NCBI GenBank assembly: GCA_044892525.1
Contig: CM097885.1
Location: forward strand, 237,214,001 to 237,278,000
DNA: 64,000 nt
Direction of reading: 5' to 3'
From: Schmidtea polychroa
Lineage: Eukaryota
This document shows, piece after piece, positions 1 through 13,022 of this stretch. The number at the start of each line of letters is the position of its first letter. Within the stretch, counting starts at the first letter, position 1. Under the pieces are notes generated by a model. That model saw only the letters and a list, made by a program, of their open reading frames with translations, did not search any database and was not told the DNA's origin. A program made the position numbers and the translations under genes.

Positions 1-21
1 CATTACATTTTCGTAAAATAA

Positions 22-390
22 ATGGCTAATTCTGATATTATTAGTATGTATAGCGGTAGCCAATTTGGTGGTGAATTACCATATTTTATTGGTAAACAGT
101 ACGGATCAGGATGGTTGAGAACAATTGGTAGATTTGCCCTGCCTATTCTTAAACGTATTGGTAGTTTTGGTATGAAAACTGCAAAAGATGTTATTATGAA
201 TGAACAGAAAATACTACCATCTCTAAAAACAAATGCTTTAGCAGAATTAGGGAAGGTTTTACCCGGGGTTGCAGGTATGTTTCAAAAAGAAAAACCTCCA
301 GCTCCAGCTCATGCCCCAAAACGTAAAAGACATGGAATATCACGTATAAACAAACGAATGAAAGGACATGGAACTATATTTGCAAAATGA
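22..390 (+). CDS. Polinton small basic virion/core protein with QxGxG motifs and amphipathic helix
   Basis: QFGG / QYGSG motifs followed by WLRTIGRFALPILKRIG, basic C-terminus; lies directly upstream of and overlaps the capsid gene start. Confidence 0.65.
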   Translation: MANSDIISMYSGSQFGGELPYFIGKQYGSGWLRTIGRFALPILKRIGSFGMKTAKDVIMNEQKILPSLKTNALAELGKVLPGVAGMFQKEKPPAPAHAPKRKRHGISRINKRMKGHGTIFAK

Positions 391-1606
391 TTTGTGGTAA
401 ATTTGAATTATGTATATTTGATAGACCGTCGCCCCAGGCTGTAATAGAATTTGGGGCATTTGAGGAAGTTTTTCCTATGAATTCAATTACCTATAGTAGA
501 AATGACATCGAGTTTTATATTAATGGTTCGCAAACCGAATATTTAGATTTGAACGATACTTTATTGACTGTTCAGATTAAGGTTGTAGATAAAGATAGAA
601 AGGTTTTGGATGCCAATGCAGATGTAATACCGAACAATTTCCTGTTTCATACTCTTTTTAAAGATGCAGTGTTGGGATTTAATAATATCAAGATTGAGGG
701 TGGAAATAATACATTCATTCACAAGGCATTAATAGAAACTATTTTAAATTACAATTCCGATACTAAAAATACATGTCTTACTCCTATGGGTTATGGCAGT
801 GATGATGAAAGAAAAAAGTGGGTAAAAGGCTCAAAGGTTTTCACTATGTGCTCATCATTACAACTTGATTTTATGGATCAACCGAAATATTTACTACCGG
901 GAGTTAATGTACATATTAGACTGAAAAGATCTGATTCTGCATTATCTCTTACTAGTGCAACTACTACACCAATATGTCAATTAGTAGATGCAAAATTATT
1001 GGTGAGAAGAGTTCGAGTAGACCCTTCAGTATTAGCAGGTCATCAATTGGGTCTTAATTCAAAACATGCAATTTATCCATAAAAACAAAGGAAATTGTAC
1101 AATTTGCTATTGCTAAAGGTGCTTCATCATTCTATAAAGAACAAATATTTGGTGACAGAAGAATGCCTAATTTTATTCTGATAACATTTCAAAGTGAAGC
1201 ACAATATAATGGATCATATACTGCGTCCAGCTCAATTTTCAAAAACTTTGGTGTTACATCATTGACTTTGTCGAAAAATACTGATTATAGAGAAACATAT
1301 ATTCAAGATTTCGAGAATGACAATTTCTGTGCGACATATATGCAGAGTATTGTTAGAAATCTGGGTTATTTAGATAAAAATTTGAATTGCGGAATAACTC
1401 TAGAAGATTTTAAAAGCAAATACCCATTTTTTACATTTGTTTTAGCCCCTGATTTTGATTTAAATCAAAGTCAATTACCTCAAAATGGAAATTTACGACT
1501 GGATTTAAAGTTTGCAAAAGCTATTACTGAACCAGTACATGTTATAATATATCGAGTATTTGAAAATGAAGTTCAAATTACTGCAAATAGAACTGTGTTG
1601 GTATAA
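387..1606 (+). pseudogene. Polinton major capsid protein (double jelly-roll, PY/F54H12.2-like), single frameshift near 1080
   Basis: ELCIF...IEFYINGSQTEYLDLNDTLL, QPKYLLPGVNVHIRL and GNLRLDLKFA motifs. Adding one base at about 1080 restores HAIYPIKTKEIVQF...MPNFIL and joins ORFs 387-1082 and 1163-1606. Confidence 0.88.
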
Positions 1607-1708
1607 ATGTATATTGAAACATTAAAAGTTGTCATGGAGTAAGTTGTTTTTATACTCTGGATTTATTTAAGTAGTTCTGTTCAGGTCAATAAAATCGGAA
1701 AACAGATA

Positions 1709-2017
1709 TTGGGAAATGAATTTGTTGGAGTTTTTCCTCTTGATAAAATTCCATATTTGAGCAATAATCAAGCAATAATCGTCAATACTCATTCGTCACA
1801 TCTTGGTGGAGAACATTGGATAGCTATATATATGAAACCTGGCAATATATTCGTGTTCGATCCTATGGGTTTTTATTACCCGGCTTTGTTGATATCAAAA
1901 CTACAAACAATGGGGAAACCTATTGTGTATAATAAAACTATGTTTCAAAATCCTTTGACCCAAACATGTGGTCAACATTGTTTAGCTTGGTTATTGTACA
2001 AAAAATTTGATGTTTAA
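1709..2017 (+). CDS. Adenain-like (adenovirus C5 family) cysteine protease; true start unclear
   Basis: FVGVFPLD, IVNT..GEHW, FDPMG and Q..TQTCGQHC catalytic motifs. Confidence 0.88.
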   Translation: MGNEFVGVFPLDKIPYLSNNQAIIVNTHSSHLGGEHWIAIYMKPGNIFVFDPMGFYYPALLISKLQTMGKPIVYNKTMFQNPLTQTCGQHCLAWLLYKKFDV

Positions 2018-2063
2018 TAAAATTTGATGTTTAATAAATGTATCCTTTCCTTTGTTGTTGTGA

Positions 2064-2067
<4 letters not shown>

Positions 2068-2152
<85 letters not shown>

Positions 2153-2153
2153 G
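2068..2153. repeat. (TAT)n microsatellite
   Basis: Direct reading. Confidence 0.95.
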
Positions 2154-2328
2154 TGAAAAATATTATTATTTTTAATTAATTTTATTATTATTCAAATAAA
2201 TATTATTATTTGTAACATAAAGACTACCTATGCCTGAAGCATGCACAGTGCAAGTTAACAAAGGCATGACTAACAAAGGCAGTCACATGTAATTTCTGAG
2301 TGATTTACATTACATGCATGCATGCGTG

Positions 2329-2422
2329 TGATTGGTTGAGAGATGAAAATTCTAAGTTACTATGCGTGTGTGTCTAATTCTGATTGGCTGGGACATGAAA
2401 TTTTTCATTCTCTTTATAAACA
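2329..2422 (+). promoter_or_regulatory. Putative Pol II promoter of the spliced pPolB gene
   Basis: Two ATTGG (reverse CCAAT) boxes near 2331 and 2383, then TATAAA near 2415, about 80 bp upstream of ATG 2497. Confidence 0.5.
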
Positions 2423-2496
2423 TTGACAAATCTAAAATTTGTCACAATTATTTTAAAATTTTCAAAAATTTTCAACAATTTTCACCAATTTTCAAA

Positions 2497-3486
2497 ATGG
2501 ACAAAAATAATATTTTAAGAAGCATGATGGCTTGCGATAATGGTATATTATTTATTTTTATTTTATTTATTTTTATATATTTATTTTGTAGATGATTTAT
2601 GGTACCAGGTGACCGAAAACGAGAATGGATTTAATTTGAATTGCACCTATGGTAATTTTATTTTTATTTATTATTATTATTATTATTATTTAGATGTTAT
2701 AATGTTGAGTGATGAAGAAGACGAAATAATAATTATTAGCGATGAAGAAGAAGAGGAATCACCAATTATTAATGATCACGACTTATCAAGTAAATTATTA
2801 TTATTATTATTATTTAATTTAAAAAAACTGTTTTAGGAAATAGTCAAAGAGAAAATTCCCCCAATTTTGTTGGAGAAACAGAAAATTTAATAGGTGCCAT
2901 CATTGAAGACACACGTAAATTTTTATTATTATATGTAATTTTTAAAAATTGATTTAGAAAGTTCAATTATTTTGGAGGACATATATGATCCTATCATGGA
3001 TGATCTATATGCTCCCATTAATGTGGATGTCAAGGAAATTGCTCCAGAGACAAAATTATTTAATACCCCTATTCGGGATGCTTCTATTCATGAGGTTTTT
3101 GATGCCCCCACTTTAACCGGTGATGACCTCTCTGAGGATGACACAGATTCAGATTCTGAATCTAAATGTTAGTTTTTTTTTATTTATTTTATAAATATTT
3201 ATTTTAATAATTTCTTAAATTAAAAATAACATTCTGTAGAATATTTAAATTATTTTAAACATAAATTTTATATGAAAAAAGCTGAAATTTATATGAAACA
3301 TGATGATAAAAATGCCGAAAATTATATGAAACATGATGAAATTTATATGAAAAATGCCGAAAATTAAATGAAAAATGCTGAAATTTATATGAAACATGAT
3401 GAAAATTATATGAAAAATGCTGAAATTTATATGAAACATGATGATTCTAACTAATCTAGAGAATGTTATTTTTATTTAAGTTTAGA

Positions 3487-3573
<87 letters not shown>

Positions 3574-4164
3574 TGATATAACATAGGAATGTTATCAGTT
3601 ATTCTATTTTATAATTATTCGATTATAAAATAGATTAACTAATAACAATTAGTTATTATAGAATTATATATATACAATTTTTAAATAACTTTATTGTTAA
3701 TAGGTAGATTATACCCTCAATACTGTATGTCCTCACTTGGCCATTCAAATAAATGTCATAAGGATATGAAAAAATACTATGGCCATAAATTCTATGGCGT
3801 CAAGTACTATTTATGTCCCATATGCGAAACTTGTCAGGACATAAAATATAAATCCTTTTTTAAGATACATAAAAGACATTTAAATCAATTTAGAATTAGT
3901 AAAAAAGAGCTTTTTAGTATATTAAAAAGCAAACCAACACGAACAGTAGATAAAGCGCGACCTACACATAAGAAAACACAAAATAATAATAAAGCGCGAC
4001 CTACACCTAAGAAAACACAACATAATAATCCATCCTTTGATCCAAATTCGTCTGTGTTAAATTCACCTTCTATAAATAAACAAACTGCGATAAATTCAAC
4101 GGTAATAAATCCTTCTGTGATAAGTTCTTCTGTGTTAAATTCAACTGTGATAAGTTCTTCTGTA

Positions 4165-4233
<69 letters not shown>

Positions 4234-4784
4234 CGGCCTGCTGTTAGTATTGGGTCTGGTGTTCCCTCAAAAATTACTAAAATTAATGATAACCCCATGT
4301 TTTATCAAGTAGGTGGTTCGGTCGATCTTGATGAAGAACCAGAAATTGAAATCGATTTTAAGGTGGCACGAAAAAATTTAAGATTTGACGTTGAAAAGGA
4401 TAATTTGGTTGAAATTTCCTTCACAAATAAGATTGTTGATAAATTATTTTCCGAAATGAAAGGAATGGGCACAGTCAAAATTCAATTCACCATCCTCATC
4501 CAGTTTGAGAAAGAAGGGGAAATTAGAGATAATTTCTTCTCTAATAGCGCCGAAGTTTTTTCAGACACTTTTTTAATTAACGGTATTACAAAATTAAATA
4601 ATAAAATAGAACGATTTACATATTTAGGGAGCGGATGGCGGGTAGTTAAAATTAAAGAGATTGATTTTATATTAAATAAATTTACAAATATAAATAGGTT
4701 AGCTGGCCATAGTTACATCCCCACACCTTCGGCTTTAAAAGCTAAGAAAGCAATATTAAACGTCAAAAACAACGACGATATGTG

Positions 4785-4822
<38 letters not shown>

Positions 4823-7800
4823 TTTTAGCACTTTTAAAACGTGACGAAGTACACATGAATAACACCCGTGCTAGTACTTACCAAAAATATTTAGGTGAAT
4901 TGAATTTCGACCCTATAGATGATTGCCCAATGAAATTATGCGATATTCCTAAATTCGAGAGGAAAAATAAAGAATTAAATTTAGCAATAAATGTATTGAC
5001 ATATAGGAAAAGTCCAGCTTAGCCTATAGAACATCTAGATATAAATTATGTACCCCATCATCCTCAATTAGACATCATTCACCGATCTAAGGTTATAGAT
5101 GGTGAACCCCTATATTTATTGCTATTGGAAGACGGTGCTACTTTCCATTACACCGCAGTTTTTAATCTTAAAAAATTAATGAATTGCCACCCTAGTAATT
5201 CATGTAATATCCAAATTTGCGTAAACTGGTGCCCCATTGCCTTAATGGTTTCAGACACAGGAGTGCTTTTGACCTTCATGTAGACCTATGCCGTAAGAAT
5301 CAGATAGGTACTACTTTATATACGCTCCCTAAAGCGAAAAATTTAATTTATAAAGATTATTCAAAAACAATAACCCCGCCATTCGTAATATATGCCGATT
5401 TTGAGGCAATTTTACCCGAAGATATTACCCACCATCAAAAACACTTGCCAATAACAGCAGGCCTATTACTAATAAATAATTACACAAAAACAAAATTTTA
5501 TTACGAGTTTGTTGGTGAAGATTGTGTGCTGTCTTTCTTACGTAAGGTGGAGGAAATTGCTGTCACAATTGCCCTGCCATATTACGATATTAATGGCCGA
5601 AGGCCTATGCAAACCTTGTCTTTCGCTGAAGATCGTGCTTTCTTTGATTCCAGGACCTGTTATCTCTGTAAAAAATTCATTCGTAGTAGAGTTAGGGATC
5701 ATTGTCACTTCACAGGTAAGTATCTTGGTGCTGCCTGTAGGAAATGTAATGTGTCTCGCAGAATTCAGAGACAGTTACCTGTTGTGTTCCACAATTTGAG
5801 GGGGTATGACCTCCATCATATTTTGAAGTATGGTTTAAATAAATTTCCTTCTTGGGAATTAAATATTATTCCAACCACTACGGAAAAATTTATCTCCCTC
5901 ATCGCGTACATTAACAAATTGCCTGTTCGTTTTATTGACAGCATGCAGTTTGTTAATTCATCACTTGCAAAAGCGGTTAAGACTCTTTCAGATCTGCCTT
6001 TAACTTCTTCTGTTTTTGATGGCGCAATTGTTCGCTCAAAAGGTATCTTTCCTTATGACTTTGCTACATCTCTTGAGGTTCTGGAATCAACTCTTGAATT
6101 ACCTCCTATTTGGGAATCGGTGTCTAATGATGAATATGAATTAGCCCAAGTTATTTGGACTCAACAAAATTGCAACAACATGTTAGATTACATGTTGACT
6201 TACCTTAAACTAGACGTATTTCTCCTTGCAGATTATTTTCAGCAATTCCGTGAAAAGGCCATTGCATACAATGGTCTTGAACCTCTAAATTTCTATGGCA
6301 TTCCCGGTATGTCATGGGCCTCAGCGCTTATGACATTAACGGAACCCATAGAACTTTTACAGGACATGGAAATCTTTAATTTCTACGAAGGAGGAATACG
6401 GGGTGGGTTAACATTTGTTAACAAACATTATGTTGCAAGTTCTGAAGACACTGAACTCCTGTACATAGATATCAATAATTTGTATGGTTGGGCCTTAAGC
6501 CAAAATCTGCCTTATGCTGACTTTGTATGGGTGTATGATAATTTGGATTCTGTACTTTATGAATGTATGAATTCGGATATTGATAACCTTCCATATGGGT
6601 ATACTATGGAAGTTGATATCGAAATTCCGGAATGTTTGCATGATTTTTTAAATGACTTTCCTATTGCTCCGGAAAAGATGTGTCCACCGAACTCCAAAGT
6701 TGAGAAGTTGATGCTCACGCATTGGCCAAAGAAGAACCATGTTCTTCATTGGAGACTTCTTAAACTTTATCTTTCACTCGGTGTGAAGGTTGTTAAAATT
6801 TATCGAGCAGTTAAATTCACGCAAGCACCTATATTTAAACAATATATTGACAAGAACACCACACTAAGAGCACAGTCAACCAGTGAGTTATATAGAGACT
6901 TGTTTAAGTTGTACAATAATAGCTTATACGGGAAATCCATCGAGAATCTTAAAAAGCGGATGAATTTGAGACTATGCAATTCAGCTGAAAAGATGATTGT
7001 ATATGCCTCAAAGCCGACTTTCAAGAAATCACTCAAAATTGATGATGACTTGATTGCTGCACATCTGAAAAAGGATTCTATCTGTTTAGACAGACCTAGT
7101 TACATCGGTCAAACAGTTCTAGATCTGTCTAAACTGCGGATGTACCAGCTCCAATATAATGAACTGGCGAAATATAGGATAGAATTTAATTGCGAGATAA
7201 ATATCGTTGCCGGCGACACCGACTCCTTTGTCCTAGAGATAAAGCACTGTAAGCTTGACACTCTTTTACCGGCAATGATAAGAGACAACCTTTTAGATAC
7301 GTCGAATTACGATCCTGCTCATCCGTTGTACTCAAAGAGTTTGGATTCGGTAATAGGAAAGTTTAAAGACGAGAGTAAAGGGCTGCGTTATCGCGAGTGG
7401 GTTTTCTTGCGCTCTAAGTGTTACAGTTTGTTAGGAGATAAGGAGACACTTAGGGCTAAAGGAGTTAAGTTAGATAAGACAGAGATAGGGCACCAGTCTT
7501 ATTTAGACTGTTACAATAATAGTATAATATATTCAGTGCCACAAACGAGGATAGGTACAAGAAACCACCAGCTCTTTACTTTTAAGAATAGGAAAATAGC
7601 CTTGTCGAACAATGATGACAAGAGGCTATGGGTGGGTCCTAATACAAGTCTCGCATATGGGCATTATTTAGGAGTTGACAAAATTGATGATGATGGCCAT
7701 GTATTTGACGGAGATGAACATGAAAATGGATATGTGGAGATAGGCCCACTTTTTGGAGGAATGAGCCCCAGTTTCGATGAGGGCGACGACTCAGATTCGA

Positions 7801-7850
7801 ATACGGATATATGTGACACAGACATTGACGATATAATTTTGTCGGATTAA
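2497..7850 (+). pseudogene. Protein-primed family B DNA polymerase (pPolB), predicted six exons: 2497-2542, 2592-2651, 2694-2789, 2837-2914, 2958-3167, 3704-7850; stop at 5020 and frameshift near 5235
   Basis: Exonuclease motifs YADFE, FHNLRGYD and YLKLDV; polymerase motifs YIDINNLYG, KLYNNSLYGK and GDTDS; EndoVII-like RDHCH..GAAC..CN. Five GT-AG phase-1 introns keep one open frame from 2497 into ORF 3694. Confidence 0.85.
3260..3575. repeat. 21-bp minisatellite (AAATTTATATGAAACATGATG variants) followed by (AAT)n, within predicted pPolB intron 5
   Basis: Direct reading. Confidence 0.85.
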
Positions 7851-8224
7851 TATATCTTTTAAAACTATTTTGTGTTGATTGACAAATTTTTATTGAAAAT
7901 TTTTATTGAAAACTGGTTATAGTTTTCGTTCTATGCTTAATCATTATATTTTCATGTAAAATTAATAAATTCAGAACAATGATTAAGCATAGAAATTGTT
8001 TTTGTAAAAGTAGTTTTTTATATAAATGTTAATAGTAGTTTGCAGTCAGCATGCAACTACTTCTCTTATATTACTTTGAAAATAATAATAATAATAAGTG
8101 TGTGTGTGTGTGTGTTGAGCAGTACCCTTGTTGAGTGTGACCAATACCTTTGTGAGCCGTACCCATAGGGGGACAAAATATTTTGTCGGATAAACTCGGG
8201 GCAGTACCCTTGCGAGCATTACCC

Positions 8225-8552
<328 letters not shown>

Positions 8553-8624
8553 CAAAGTCGTACCTGATTGGATGATTGACAAATCACCCGCAAATTACTT
8601 AGTAAATTTTGAACATTTTTGAAA

Positions 8625-9056
8625 ATTTTAACCATAAATCAGTCTCTGACTAAAAAATTAATAACCTTTGTACCACTGATGATAAAAATTATTTTAATGG
8701 CTCAAAAGATAGATCTTCGTCTGGCCTTCAAAATGATGTATACATATTTAAATAATTTTGAAAACTCAAAAGGTTCTGGGAAGTCAAAAGGTAGGTCACC
8801 GCTAGATCACTTAATAATATTTTTGGAAAATAATAATAATTTTAACCAAATTAGTCTCTGACTAAAAAATTAATAACTTTTGTACCACTGATGATAAAAA
8901 TTATTTCTATGGCTTAAAGATAGATTTTCGTCTGGCCTTCAAAATGATGTATAAATATTTAAATAATTTTGAAAACTCAAAAAGTTCTGGGAAGTCAAAA
9001 GGTAGGTCACCGCTAGATCACTCAATAATATTTTTGGAAAATAATAATAATTTTTA
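8625..9056. repeat. About 210-bp tandem duplication in the Polinton subterminal region
   Basis: Two near-identical units, each containing GGTCACCGCTAGATCAC, which also occurs inverted at about 9175-9192 next to the terminus. Confidence 0.85.
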
Positions 9057-9204
9057 AATGAGTCACGGTCTTTGTTTCAATGACCTTGATGAGTCATTGT
9101 CTTTGTTAAAAATTTGACCTTGAAAAAAAAATCCTAAAAATTTTTTTCCCCCGGTGGGGGGGGGGGGGGTGGTAGGTGATCTAGCGGTGACCAATCCATC
9201 TACT

Positions 9205-9950
9205 CCCGTTGGCAGATTGACTTCGAAGCCGATGGGATTCGGCTCCGAGAATTGCTTTTTTATCAAGTCATTTATCAATTTGAATAAACATTCAAGCTCA
9301 TACGCTCCGGGCGGAATGGTTATTAGAATATATCCCTAGCAATGTCCCCTCTAAGCCATAAGCAGCAGTGCGCGCAAAGTCAGCTGCGCTGAGCAGCCTT
9401 TAAATACAAATGAGCGTCAAAATGTTATAACGTGGTTGTAAGAGTTTTAAAACGACACTACAGAAATATACCGTTATTATGCATCTGGTTATTAACATTG
9501 AAAATATTTAAATATTCAAAATGAACCACATAATAATATTGAGTATTAAAAATTCGTAATGTTTTATAATAAATATGTTAATTGGAAGGTGAAAATAAAA
9601 TAAAAAATAGCACATTTAACAACTGCCATGAAACGGTTGAATTAAATATACTGCGCTGAAAATAATTTTGCTGCGCTGGGGAGCTGGAGATGCTGCGCAC
9701 GCACGCAGCTTAGAGGGAACGTTGATCCCGAGCCGTCTTTCCGCAAAGCGAATTCGTTATTGTCCTCCGTGATGTTGAACAATGTGCTGTACGTCGATAA
9801 CCAGACGAGCCCAAGTTCATAATTAAATTCCTGGTTCAATTCCAGGGGCGTGGGGAAATCAACTGAGAAATTCGACTCTGTGGAATTGAACCGTAAATAC
9901 GTCGAGTATTTATTGCTTAGCAGGTTCGCGATCTTCTTGAAGTTTACCAT
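9205..9950 (-). pseudogene. Polinton minor capsid (penton) gene of a second Polinton, split by a MITE and truncated by Polinton 1
   Basis: FPTPLEL..YELGL...NITEDNNEF. Removing 9340-9724 plus one TSD gives in-frame GSG-YILITIPPGAYELECLFKLIN, matching ORF 9063-9278. Confidence 0.75.
9340..9724. mobile_element. hAT-type MITE
   Basis: TIRs CAATGTCCCCTCTAAGC / GCTTAGAGGGAACGTTG; 8-bp TSD ATCCCTAG/ATCCCGAG (7 of 8 match). Confidence 0.85.
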
Positions 9951-10118
9951 TTATATTGTTGGGCTAGAACTGAATTCTAGACCCAAATCTTGAAAATGTG
10001 ACGAAATGTGGTGGTACACAACACGTATACCTAGCATTAAGTTTATTTAAAAAATATATATACAACATCAAATAAACAACGATAATTGTTTAAATCTAAG
10101 ACACATCAGAAGAATTTC

Positions 10119-10543
10119 TTAGTAATTAATATCACACGCTTTATTTGTACAAAACCATTTATCGTGTCCAATAACTTGAGATTGAGCCATGATTGATTTT
10201 GAAACATTGGATAATTGTTCAACCCTTCGGCTAATAAACATTTGAGTTGTGTTGATTTTTTTAAGAGCTCGATTGAATAGAATATCATATCCATAAGTTA
10301 GCAAGTTTATCTTTTTATCGCTTTGGGGAAATTTCATAAACATCTCTTGGAGTTCCTCTTCTGTCATTTCATGATTTACAGAAATTAAATCGTTGATTTC
10401 CGATCGTTTTGAAAAACTTCAATTAATAATTTGCAACGATCTTGCTGAGCCACAATCACATGGACAAGTTCCACTGCTGAAAAGACATCTCTTCGCCATA
10501 TTGCTCATTGAAATACGGCATATCAAACATTCATTATCTTCCA
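10119..10543 (-). pseudogene. Unknown Cys-rich ORF remnant upstream of the penton
   Basis: MEDNECLICR...CPCDC from ATG 10543, broken by stop/frameshift, continuing into ORF 10119-10367 ending WFCTNKAC. Confidence 0.35.
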
Positions 10544-12019
10544 TATTTCGCTAAGGCCAAAAATTCAAATCAAAATTATAAATTCATTCTAAATCCAGAT
10601 CCGCCAATTCAAAATACCCACACAAATCACCAGTTCAAACAAAAGCTTCCTCGAACTCTATAAATCAAAAAATTACAAAAAAACTAATTAATAAAAATTG
10701 CGACATACCTCTTGCTCGCGTCTGTGTGCGCACATCCATATTACCATAATTCTGCACACAGACGCGAGAACATTCAACAAAACATAATCTTCTCACTTTT
10801 CCGAGTCTGTGTGCGCACACAATCCAAATCAACAAAGCAAAAGCGCACACAGACAATTAATTAATAATAATGAGTAAAACTAACAGAAAATAAAAACATC
10901 TAAATAAAGAAATCAAACAAAAAAACGAGCAAGTATCACATGAAAATTGACTCAAATATAACAGAAAAACACCAAAGTACAAAAATGAACTCAAATGAAG
11001 TCGAAAAACTGTAAAAAATCCAAAATAAAAGAAAATTCTAGACAAAATCCCAGAACAATCCATAAAAATGGCTAAATCCATAATGGATGCCATTCAATAC
11101 AATAAAATTTTATGAAAATAAATAATTTAGTTTAAAAAATAAAAATCCCAAAAAGAATTCATAAAAAACGATTCTAAAATAAAAATAAATTTGACATGAA
11201 TTTTCTGCAAATGCCCAAATTCATCATTGGTGGCAAAGTTAATAAAAAATAAGTCAAAAATAAAATTTTAAAAATAAAAACAAAAATTATGGCACCAAAA
11301 TCGCCATCAAAATCGTTAAAAATCAAAAATGGATTGTTCTAGAATTAAAAAGAATTCGAGTTTGTTTTATTTCATCAATGTACACAGACTTACTCGCACA
11401 CAGAAAATAGGTATTTATAGCGCCACATTTTCGTCACAAGATAGACTTTTATTGCCAAAATTGTTCTTTGTCATTCTTCGAAGCAATTTAAATCGATAAT
11501 AAGGAATTTATTCATTGTATATTTATATGATTAGAATTGATAATTTTAAATGATTTTGTTTTATTTTTTCTCTTCTAGAATGTAAAGGTAGTCGTAGTTT
11601 TCATGTATTGCACACAATTTTGACCAGTCTTACATCCATCTAATTAACTTCAATTCATCATTTATGGGTACACAACCCCAATGATTGGAGGTCCATGACC
11701 CGCTATTCAGTAAAATTATTTTCACTACCAGAACTCGCCGCAAAAGAATGGTGTTCAACCAAAGAGTAGCACCCATAAATCCATCTTGGTAGTCGGCATA
11801 GCCCTTATTAGTCGGCATAGTCCATATTTGCAAGTCTACGCATATGGACGATACCATGGACTCTGTTGATTCTGAAGAAGAAGGAATGAGATTAAGAGGC
11901 GCTAAAGAAAGGTTTGGGGCAATGCCGGAATGTGGCCTAGAAAATGGCTGTCCAACTTGGAAAGAATTATAGCTACAATCCCAGTTGAAGAACGGGCTAA
12001 AACACTAAATATTGAAAAG

Positions 12020-12560
12020 GAAATGACAATGGCAGTCAAAACCCTATGTTTGAAATAATACTCTGAAGACGGTGAATTTTGTTTTCAAGTAGATCTGCCG
12101 GATGAAGAATGTTTATCGAAAAGAAAGTTATTGAGCATAGTGGCAAGAATCTTTGATCCATTGGGACTGTTAGGTCCATTCATAATCATGGGGGAAAAGA
12201 TTATTCAGAAGTTGTGGTTGTGAGGGCTTGATTGGGACGAAAAGCTACCCCCAAAGCTTAATAAAAAAATACACAAATGGGTAGAGGATACAAGTAATCT
12301 TGGAGAACTGCGAATTTCGAGATGTTTAAGGAGTCAAATGAAAAATGCATCACAAATACATGTATTTTCCGATGCTTCAAGCACAACATATGGTTCAGCT
12401 ATATATCTACGGGAAGAAACTAATGTGGGACCTAAAAGTGTGTTGATTGCGTCAAAGCAAAGGTAGCTCCAGTGCAAATTATAAGTATACCAAGGTTAGA
12501 ATTAATGGCAGCGTGAACTGGAGTTAAATTAGCAGGACGGGTTTCAGAAGTAGCTAGTGG
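12020..12560 (+). pseudogene. BEL/Pao LTR retrotransposon pol fragment (Peptidase_A17 / RNase H region)
   Basis: KRKLLSIVARIFDPLGLLGPF...LWL*GLDWD, HVFSDAS..YGSAIYLR and SIPRLELMAA, with stops and a frameshift. Confidence 0.88.
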
Positions 12561-12764
12561 GGATTTGAGATTGACACCAAGGTGTCAATGGGGAGGATGG
12601 TCAATCCTGAGTCGTGCCTTTGAGCATTTTCGTTTTTGTGTGGAAAAATTTGATTGATTGTTTGAATTTTGTAAAGAAGGAAAATTGATTTTTTAATTGT
12701 TTTTTAATGAGTTTGTAATTGTTTGAAGAAAAAAGGATTTAAATTGTTTCTATTATTTTGAATA

Positions 12765-13022
12765 ATGGCCACAATTCCATTTAATGACGAAAATGAACAG
12801 GAAATTATTTATCTTTCAAATGAGCCTAATGATTCATTGTCCGAACTTAAAGATGCAAAAAAGAAACTTGAAGCATATTCTGGATCTCAAATTTATACTT
12901 CATTAGGATATGCTACTGTACTGTATATGAAAGCTGCAATAACTATGGAATCTCAACGAATTGAGAACGCGTCAAATGCAGTCAAAATTTGTCTGGCAAT
13001 TTGTCAGAGAAGTCGAAGAAAA
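12765..13022 (+). CDS. TTC39 (Iml2/TPR_39)-like N-terminal exon or fragment
   Basis: IYTSLGYATVLYMKAAITME...CQRSRRK resembles the remembered TTC39 motif MYHALGYSTI..LQA..TFE...CQK.RKK; possible GT donor at 13023; no further exons recognised. Confidence 0.55.
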
